Origin: Yuukianura sp. NJ FZ-2021
Taxonomy: Eukaryota
NCBI GenBank assembly: GCA_046563655.1
Contig: CM102286.1
Coordinates: 2,418,001 to 2,482,000, forward strand
DNA: 64,000 nt
Reading direction: 5' to 3'
Shown here: piece after piece, positions 50,439 through 64,000 of the stretch
Layout of the letters: each line of letters starts with the position of its first letter
How positions within the stretch are numbered: position 1 is the first letter of the stretch
Made by a program: the position numbers and the translations under genes
The notes under the pieces: generated by a model
Told to the model about the DNA's origin: nothing
Database searches by the model: none
What the model saw: the letters and a program-made list of their open reading frames with translations, nothing else

Positions 50439-52739
50439 TATGAGGGGAGATCGACTGATTTTCAACGCCATTTGCTGTAAGCTTTTTTTTAAAAAACACA
50501 ATTAAATTTCCTTGGAGAAAATCAAAACGAACAATTTCTGCAAGTTTTTTTCTTGCAGAAATCGAGACGTTGTTATAAGAAGCTTACGGAAAATCGAGGA
50601 GCTGTTATAAAAAGCTTGCGAAGAATCGAAGCGCTGTTATAAGAAGCTTGCGGAGAATCGAGCCGAGGTTATAAAAAGCTTGCGAAGAATCGAGCCGCTG
50701 TTATAGGAAACTTGCGGAGAATCGAGACGTTGTTATAAATTATAATTCACTTTTAAGATTTTACGACAGCTGAATTTTCCCAAGTTAGAATTCCTCGAAA
50801 AGTAAACGTAAAAGTTATATTTTGTCAAAAATTTTTGTGACGAGAACAGGTCAATTTTTCACGAGACCGACATTTCAAGACGGTAGAGTACGCGTGAATC
50901 CTCGGCAAGCCAAATATATCCAAAAGTTGAATTTCAGCTGAATTTTTCAAAATTCCAAATCCTCAAAAAGTAAGTGTACAAGTGAATTTTTAAAAATTTG
51001 GACACGTCAAAAAGTTAGAGAACAGGTCAATTTTTCACGAGACCGACATTTCAAGACGGTAGAGTACGCGTGAATCCTCGGCAAGCCAAATATATCCAAA
51101 AGTTGAATTTCAGCTGAATTTTTCAAAATTCCAAATCCTCAAAAAGTAAGTGTACAAGTGAATTTTTAAAAATTTGGACACGTCAAAAAGTTAGAGAACA
51201 GGTCAATTTTTCACGAGACCGACATTTCAAGACGGTAGAGTACGCGTGAATCCTCGGCAAGCCAAATATATCCAAAAGTTGAATTTCAGCTGAATTTTTC
51301 AAAATTCCAAATCCTCAAAAAGTAAGTGTACAAGTGAATTTTTAAAAATTTGGACACGTCAAAAAGTTAGAGAACAGGTCAATTTTTCACGAGACCGACA
51401 TTTCAAGACGGTAGAGTACGCGTGAATCCTCGGCAAGCCAAATATATCCAAAAGTTGAATTTCAGCTGAATTTTTCAAAATTCCAAATCCTCAAAAAGTA
51501 AGTGTACAAGTGAATTTTTAAAAATTTGGACACGTCAAAAAGTTAGAGAACAGGTCAATTTTTCACGAGACCGACATTTCAAGACGGTAGAGTACGCGTG
51601 AATCCTCGGCAAGCCAAATATATCCAAAAGTTGAATTTCAGCTGAATTTTTCAAAATTCCAAATCCTCAAAAAGTAAGTGTACAAGTGAATTTTTAAAAA
51701 TTTGGACACGTCAAAAAGTTAGAGAACAGGTCAATTTTTCACGAGACCGACATTTCAAGACGGTAGAGTACGCGTGAATCCTCGGCAAGCCAAATATATC
51801 CAAAAGTTGAATTTCAGCTGAATTTTTCAAAATTCCAAATCCTCAAAAAGTAAGTGTACAAGTGAATTTTTAAAAATTTGGACACGTCAAAAAGTTAGAG
51901 AACAGGTCAATTTTTCACGAGACCGACATTTCAAGACGGTAGAGTACGCGTGAATCCTCGGCAAGCCAAATATATCCAAAAGTTGAATTTCAGCTGAATT
52001 TTTCAAAATTCCAAATCCTCAAAAAGTAAGTGTACAAGTGAATTTTTAAAAATTTGGACACGTCAAAAAGTTAGAGAACAGGTCAATTTTTCACGAGACC
52101 GACATTTCAAGACGGTAGAGTACGCGTGAATCCTCGGCAAGCCAAATATATCCAAAAGTTGAATTTCAGCTGAATTTTTCAAAATTCCAAATCCTCAAAA
52201 AGTAAGTGTACAAGTGAATTTTTAAAAATTTGGACACGTCAAAAAGTTAGAGAACAGGTCAATTTTTCACGAGACCGACATTTCAAGACGGTAGAGTACG
52301 CGTGAATCCTCGGCAAGCCAAATATATCCAAAAGTTGAATTTCAGCTGAATTTTTCAAAATTCCAAATCCTCAAAAAGTAAGTGTACAAGTGAATTTTTA
52401 AAAATTTGGACACGTCAAAAAGTTAGAGAACAGGTCAATTTTTCACGAGACCGACATTTCAAGACGGTAGAGTACGCGTGAATCCTCGGCAAGCCAAATA
52501 TATCCAAAAGTTGAATTTTAGCTGAATTTTTTAAAATTCCAATTCCTCAAATTTTCCGCATGTTTCTTATAACAACGTCTCAATTTTCCGCAATCTTTTT
52601 ATAACAACGCCTCCGTTCTGTGCAAGAAACAAGCTTGCAGAAAATGTTCGTCCCTATTTTCTGCAAGGAATTTTTGCTTGTGTTTTTTAAAAAAATCTTG
52701 CAGCAAATCGTATTGAAAAGCAGTCGATCTCCCCTCATA
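50439..52739. mobile_element. Non-autonomous TIR transposon (IS3EU-like) carrying an internal tandem array
   Basis: Ends TATGAGGGGAGATCGACTG...CAGTCGATCTCCCCTCATA, with imperfect inverted similarity continuing for >120 bp; 6-bp TSD CAAGTG (50433-50438, 52740-52745); 32-bp subterminal repeats (~6 on the left, ~2 inverted on the right). Confidence 0.88.
50842..52551 (+). repeat. 176-bp tandem array, 9 full units plus partial flanking units
   Basis: Unit starts at 50842, 51018, 51194 ... 52426 (period 176); full units look identical by eye. Confidence 0.97.
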
Positions 52740-53154
52740 CAAGTGAGACTACTCAAAATTCAAATCGAATTATTTTCACAGTGATTTCGAGAAATGTGAA
52801 CACAGCGCATGACTACTCTACTCCCTATATACACACCATTCCTTTTTTATAACTTGTTCTGTACAGATTCACTCTCAATTTCAACCACTCAAGTCAATTC
52901 ATTCGAACACTTTGATTAATCAAGTGAAAATTGCCAAAAGTTTAGCAAACAAACGTCGTCTGAATCATCTCAAACGGAAGTCTCTCTGGAAAGGAATTGG
53001 ACACAACAGGAAGACAGTTAGTCAAACAGCTACACAATCGTTGGAAGTGATTATTTGCAGTGACATTGAACACCGATGACAGGCAGGTCACCATGTCAAA
53101 GTACGTCAGTTGAGCTTTGGTCACCCAGTGGAAGATGATTGAGAGGTGGACGTA

Positions 53155-55815
53155 ATGGCATCTTGTCCTGGTGGGGATGGAAGTGGAGGCCTTGGTGGCT
53201 CCATTGGTGGAACCCGTGAGGAGCTCAAAAGTCAATTTTCAACACGGGAAGGTGTTTATCGTTTGTTGGCCTCACTGGAGCTGAGTCGCTCATCTCGACC
53301 TCCACCGATTCCCTATGGCACCATGTCAACACAACCACCGTCCGGTGGTCCCAATCCGCCCCTCAGACTCTCGTTTGTTACCATCAGTTCTCCGAATCAT
53401 GAAACTAGTTCAAATAACGTTAATCAGGACGACGATGAAGATGATGATGACGAGGTCGAGATGGCAGAATCAGTTGGTCCTCCGCCGTTACACTCCCCTG
53501 ACCTCCTTGTCTCGGAAACAGAGACTGAACATATAGATAGGACCACGACGAGGTTCTGTTTTAACCTTGGAAAGGAACTTTTCGTTTATCCATTTCAAGG
53601 AAGCCGAAAGGTGAGGCAGTGTCATCTTTATGTCATGTCTGAAGAAGTTATGTTCGTCACTCATGACGGTTTTGTCGTTTTTTAGATATCTGATCTAATG
53701 AAGCCGTTGGATAAGAGAGTCTACAAAGGAACGTTTCCGACGTGTCATGATTTTAATCCTATTCTTGCTACTCCGGATAGCCTGTCTCTCATCATTGGGT
53801 TTTCGGGAGGACAAATACAATTAGTCGAACCAATTTCCAAGGAAGTCAATAAACTTTATAATGAGGATGTAAGTAATTAAGACTTATTAACTTCTTGTTA
53901 CTCAAGTGACTCATTGGATTGACTGAGTGGGAAATGACATGTATCGAATTCCTTATTTACAGAGGATGATTGACAAGACACGCGTGACCTGCTTACGATG
54001 GATACCTAAGTCTACGACTTTATTTCTCGTGGCTCATGCTAGTGGGCACATGTACCTCTACAACATTGAGCTAAACTGTGGATCCACGGTTCCGCACTAT
54101 CAGAATTTGAAGCAGGGCCCAGGTCATGTGATTTCCAATTGCAAATCCAAGTCCCCCAGGAATCCCATCACGAGATGGACACTTGGGGAGGGTGCTATAA
54201 ACGAATTTGCCTTTTCACCTTGTGGACTCTTCCTCGCTATAGTTTCCCAGGATGGATTCCTTAGGATATTCCGGTAACTTGATACTGTCAAGCATTTTTT
54301 CATATTCCTGTGATTAATGTTATACTTCCAAGTATTTTTTAATAGAGACTAACTTTTATAAACTCAAACGTTGCAGATACGATAAGTACGAGTTGGTGGG
54401 ATTGACAAGGTCTTACTTTGGTGGACTCATCTGTGTTTGCTGGTCACCGGATTCCAAATATGTTTGTGTCGGGGGAGAAGACGACCTTCTTACAATATGG
54501 AGCTTCAATGAGCGGAGAGTCGTGGCCAGAGGTCAAGGTCACAGGTAAAGTATATGTTTAAATTAATAGTAACGCATTAATGTATTTCTAATATAATTAA
54601 AATAATATATGTGATTTCAGATCTTGGGTCTCCGTCGTCGCTTTTGATCCTTACACAACTACTTATGGTGACTCGGACGACACCGATGAGTTTACAAGCA
54701 GTGGTCATCAGAATCATGTGTCTGGTGTTTGTTCTTGTGATTCAAACAATCATGTTGTTGGACTTGACGGAAAAGAGAGCCAGTGCCCTACCTGTGCCCC
54801 CCAAAACAGTACTAAGGAAAAGCCAAATGCCATTATCAATAATCACAATCAAAATCAGACTGGAGACGCCGGTCGCTACCTTCACGGAAGTCGGTTGAGT
54901 CGAACGTCAGAAAGTGCTGCAGCTCTGCGTCTCAGTGTTTCTGAAAATACGCGGCTCCCAGCGTGCTATCGCCTCGGCTCAGTGAGTCAAGATACGCAAC
55001 TTTGTTTGTGGGACTTGACAGAGGACATTCTGAAGCAGCCTTTCGGCAAGTCTCGTCCGACGACAACTGCCAGTGGTCGTGTAGGTGACGTGAGTCCTTT
55101 AGCACCGCAGCAAGTCAAGGGGACGAGTCAAATGAACGGCAAAGGAAGTCCACCGCGAGTCAACTCTTTTCCGTCTGGATGCAAAGGGCATTTGGACAAA
55201 GACGTTGTGGACAGTGTTAGTGGCGGTGGTGTGAAGGGATCTCGCTCAAATGCAACTGACAAAGGAACTTCAGGAAGTATTTCTTCAGCTGAAAATGGGA
55301 ACAACGGCAACTCTTCGAGTCATGGAATCTTGTCACTCCGTTTTGCAGGTCTTACATTTGGCCAAGGTGACAAAGAGTCTAAAACAACTGGCGGCGGGAA
55401 AGAACATCGACGAAACTTTAGTCTCGGATCGAAGGGAGACAAGGCCAATGGACCCAATAAAAGTGGTGGAAGCTCCGTGTCAGCCAATGATTCCTTGCTT
55501 CAACTAAATCTAGAAGATCCTCTGAAACTGATTGGAACACAAGCTTGTCCAAGACTTGACGAATGTCCACTTCTGGAACCTTTGATATGTAAGAAAATAT
55601 CACATGAGAGACTTACGGCCCTTATCTTCCGAGAAGAAGCAATTGTGACAGCATGTCAAGATGGAGTCATCTGTACATGGGCTCGACCTGGAGAAGACTT
55701 TAGACTTAACAATTGCAATCGGAAGAAGTACACAAACACAAGTTTAGCTCAAGAGAACATTTTCAATCGGTTCTACAACTCCAATTCCAAAGATGAATGT
55801 ATTGAACCGCTATGA
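53155..55815 (+). CDS. WDR20: WD repeat protein 20 / DMWD family (USP12/46 regulator)
   Basis: [119 protein letters not shown]. Confidence 0.94.
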
Positions 55816-56083
55816 ACTTAACTAACTTTGTTGTTCAGTCCTCACTTTGACTTTGGATTCATCGTCCAATCCAAATCACGCCCAAATCATCAACTTCTAA
55901 TCAAGTATTTTTCTGAATTCCGCGCAAAACCAAATTTACATTTTGTTTAGTTAATTGATTAATCGTTTCAATCAACTTCAGTCGAATCGACACGATACCA
56001 AAGCAGACACACAAAAACGAAGAAATCGAAGCCCAGTTTTCTTAATGTAACGTCTATGATTACGATACACCTAAGAAATAATA

Positions 56084-56266
56084 CGGAGTTTGCGTTATAA
56101 TTAAATTATGGAAGTTATGAAAATTATAGAAATTATGAAAAGTATAGAATTTCGGAAGTTTGAAATTTGAAAAGTGACGTCACTACCTGCTATGAATTCT
56201 ATACTTTTTATAATTTTCTGTAATTTTTATACTTTGTATAATTTCTTTATAACGCAAACACCTTAT
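56084..56266. mobile_element. ~180-bp MITE
   Basis: TIRs GGAGTTTGCGTTATAA / TTATAACGCAAACACC, internal inverted AAATTATRGAA repeats and a central GTGACGTCAC; relatives occur in the Hairless intron. Confidence 0.7.
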
Positions 56267-58163
56267 TAACGGTTTTGTTAGTCCTGTACTACGCAGCCTT
56301 CACTTCCTAAACTTCCCCGCAGTCGCCAGTTGTTACATTTACATTTGCATCTGCCTCGACGCTTAAAACTTTTAAGAATTTTTTAAAAATTAGTTATGAA
56401 TTATTATTTAGCCAATGGTATGATATTGAAGATTCAGAGATGATGATGGAGAGAAAGCACTTTTGATGGGTGGATATTCTCCAGCATTAGGACTGCCTTA
56501 ATTTAAGTTATACTTAACATAATTATTATTTAGTCATAAACTTATTACTACATTAATATGTACTACTGCTGACGACGCTAAAATGACAAGAAAAGTACGC
56601 TAATTAAAGGACGAAGAATAATTCAAGGGCTAAATTATACTAAACTAAACAACTTGCGGACTAGTTTTGTTCTGTGTACCTTATGGACGTAGATTGCAAT
56701 AAACTACGTACGATTACTTTCGCCACTTATTCACATGTCAGTTCAAAAATTGAAAATTCAAACGGAAGAACATAAACTACATTGTACAAAAACATTGTAG
56801 AAAAAAAGTGAAAACGAAAATGGTGACCAGTTTTCAATTTTCCGCCAAAACGTCAAATTCTGAAACAAAATGGTAAGACGGTAATAGGTCAAGCTGTTCC
56901 GTCAGTGTTCAGATTAGTGTCAAAGGTCCACGATTTACTAAATATCGTTAAATTAAGTTAGTTTTGTTATGTTTATAACACTATGTTAGTTAAAACTATG
57001 TTTTCCGTTTGACCAACAATGTTGGTTTGACGGTTAGGTCATAAGTGGGTGTCTTTGTGACGAACCGTCAAAAATTTTGAATTTAAATTTTCGCTCCTTT
57101 GTTTTTGTTTGGATGCGCGTTGGAGAATCAGAAAAAAAGTTGTCAAATTTTCTGGTGTATTTTTTGTGCAAGTTGGGTTTGGATGTTGCCATTTTGTAAA
57201 TATTTCACTTGATCTTGTGTCCTTCCAAATTCCATTCTGAAAGAGAAACAGCGCAATTTGAGAGGGAGGAAGGAGCTTTGTTCAATGATTTTTGGACACT
57301 CGAGTTGAGCAAGAGAGTGGAACTTTTACTTGTAGTGGAGTCGACTACTGCCGAGTGGGTTTAGTCACAGGTTATGACTATAGCAAAGGAAGAGTCAGTT
57401 GTTGTGGAGGACCTCTTCATTCTGTTATAGCAAAATCAAATTATTTGTTGTGTAGTAACCAAAAAACAATTAAATTTACATGCTAAATTAGTAGTTGACG
57501 GTAGACGATTATAGTAATTCAAATTCAAAAGTAATTCAAAGGGGAAAACGATATTGATTCGGGAAGAGGTAACGCAAGTCAAAGGGAATTGGATTTAACG
57601 TACAAGACTGGTCGCCGTCGTCTCCGGTTACTCGCGCGGTTAAATTAGTGAGCAGTTGCGTCATAGAAATTGACGGCAAGCTTAAACCTCGCCGTAAGCC
57701 AACTTGTCGCTTGTGATTGCAACCTAAAGAAAAATAATACACGAGATATTATTTTTAGTAATTACTATAACATTAATAAGATTAACGTGAGTTACTTCTT
57801 TTTCTTGTATCGGTTAATATAACGTAGTTACTTAACTAAACTAACGGTAGAACGATTGTAGAATTCGAAGACTATTTGTAGACTAATTGTAGACTTTTTA
57901 TTTAATTTTTCAGTGTTGATGACACGGTAAACGTTCAGCCTGTTTGTGACCCCAGCAAGACCTTGGTTTCGCCCTCTCCTCTCCACTGCAGACAACACAC
58001 CAGAGCTGAATCAACGAGAAGCTTTGACCTTGCAGCCGTACGGGATTCTAGGTGTAAGATTAAGATTGGCCAGTTTAAGGTCGTTATGTCTATACGTAGT
58101 CATTCTCATTTTGAAGTTTATGTTAACTGTTACTTTTGTTATTTTTAGCCCGACTGAGTGAAA

Positions 58164-62296
<4,133 letters not shown>

Positions 62297-63310
62297 CAAT
62301 CCGTTAAGTCTAAAAAATGCTTAGATTAACCTAACATTTACTACTCATCACTTATTAGAGAAGGCAAACTTACAAGTTAGTGTTGGAATTCAAGGGAGGA
62401 ACTAAAGATAAGTTAACTAAAAGTTAAATGATCTTTACTTTATTTAAAATATGGCAAATAACCTAACATAATTTTATTAGGCAAAATAACTAAATAGTTA
62501 CTCCCTCTGTTTTTGGTTTGATCAAATTCTCATCCCGTTTAACTCTCCAATTTGACTTTAAACCTTATTTTATATGAGATGAATTCTTTCATTCCCTCTT
62601 TGAGATTTGTCAATCAGTTTTCATTTAACTTCATTCCAAAATGTTATTAACATAATTACTATGTAAATGTGTAAATTTCAGCTCTAAGTTCTTATGTTAA
62701 CTAATGAAAACTGTCATATTTTTAGAGTTACCGTAACAAAGTGTAATGGGAGGACCGTAGTTGCCTCTAAATGGACAGCATCTTGATGATATTTAAATTT
62801 TAGTAACTCTCTGCCATAAATTTATGTAATGTGTATGTAAATTTGTTAAATTTAGGGTGGTAATTGAAGTTGAATTAGATTTTACTTTCTTTTTTTAAAA
62901 GCAAAAACTGAACAGTAAGAGCTAATTTATTTACTCACTCACTTTTAATAAGTAGAATGGTTGTGTATGTTATGACAAATTGTGGTTGGATACGTTAGGC
63001 TACTCTGGAACAAAGTAACGTTAGGTTTCTGTTTTTGTTTATAAGTTTTAAGATAAATTGTACAAAGCGAGAGCGAGAGAGGGTTTGTGTTGTTTCGTGT
63101 GTGATCGTAATGTTTTTGCATGGTTGTAGAGGATCAATTTAATAAATTATTTATATTTAGTTGACGTCAATTATAACAATTTTGGTGGAATTTTAAATTT
63201 TAGGAGTAGGATTTTCACTAGGAGGGTTGTGGCTTTGAGGGAATGCTTTAAGGGTAATATTAGGCTAATTAGGTTAGCGTAACGTTAATAAGCGTTTAAG
63301 GTTAGGTTGA

Positions 63311-64000
63311 TCATTTTGATTGAAGTTCTTGTTTAAGACGATCAGCAAGAGCTTTTCTTGCAGCAAGCGATTTTTCCGTTGCAGTTGCTTTTGGTGTAGT
63401 CGTGAGAGCAATGGCTGCTGCTTTTGCGGATTTTGGACGTGATGCTGCAGCGTTGTCGGTCATAAGTCGAGCACGTTCCTTCTTTTTCAAGGCTACTAAC
63501 TTGTCGCGCTGATTTCGCATGTACTCCCGCCGACGCTGAATATCCTCTTCAGTAACTGGAGCTCCTGAGGCTGCTGACGCTGAATCCAAAGCGGTAACCT
63601 GGAATTACAGTTTTTGAAATGACAATTTCTAACAAAACTGTTTTCAAAGAAAGTTGTTTTTTCATACCTTAGGCTTCATGTTTCTAAATTCAAGCGGATT
63701 TTGAGTTTCATCCAAAGCCCAACGCACTGAAGCCAGAAGTTCGCGTTGCTCGGACGCCGTTTCCTTGATTTCCTCGACAGTTTTAAGATCCACGAATTCG
63801 GATTTGGTGGAAGTGGCGCTTCCAGGAACCGATCCAGGGGGCGTGGCTTCCGCTTCCACAACGGCTTCAACTAAAGCCTTCTTGCCATGACCAATAGTGA
63901 GGTTCGACAGAATCATGTTATCGAACTCACCGCTGTCAGAAGTCTGCATTTGGCTGCAAAGAGTGTGATTAGATTTTGGAAAACAGTTAGTTAAAAAAGT
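63311..64000 (-). CDS. CFAP36: Cilia- and flagella-associated protein 36 (CCDC104), 3' portion only
   Basis: C-terminal EEDIQRRREYMRNQRDKLVALKKKERA...RKALADRLKQEL resembles the conserved CFAP36 C-terminus; the N-terminal domain lies outside the window. Confidence 0.68.

Noticed and set aside
50842..52551. CRISPR-like array
   Set aside because: Units are contiguous 176-bp copies with no unique spacers, there are no cas genes, and the context is eukaryotic.

Overview
Gene-dense eukaryotic DNA with short (~55-90 nt) spliceosomal introns. A Hairless-type gene points to a pancrustacean arthropod; the species cannot be determined from sequence alone. From left to right: MTA1-like (minus, runs off the left edge); a divergent Hairless (minus; Su(H)-binding domain restored by a GC-AG intron, plus Groucho and CtBP motifs) immediately upstream of MTA in the same orientation; an intact 6-exon IS630-Tc1-mariner transposase with a very long DD96E spacer (Sailor-like) between decayed TIRs; a 17-bp minisatellite; a non-autonomous hAT element; a tandem pair of secreted DM9-repeat genes interleaved with three copies of a DINE/Helentron-like repeat. 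A housekeeping block follows: eIF4AIII, SF3B2, Rictor, NDUFAF1, CRLS1, GNPNAT1, SCYL1, BPNT1, UTP25, WDR20, PPP4R3 and the 3' part of CFAP36. Two elements in divergent-gene intervals share TATG...CATA ends and 6-bp TSDs (IS3EU-like): a 1.3-kb near-perfect foldback and a 2.3-kb element carrying a homogeneous 176-bp tandem array. Exon boundaries were read by eye; no database searches were run.
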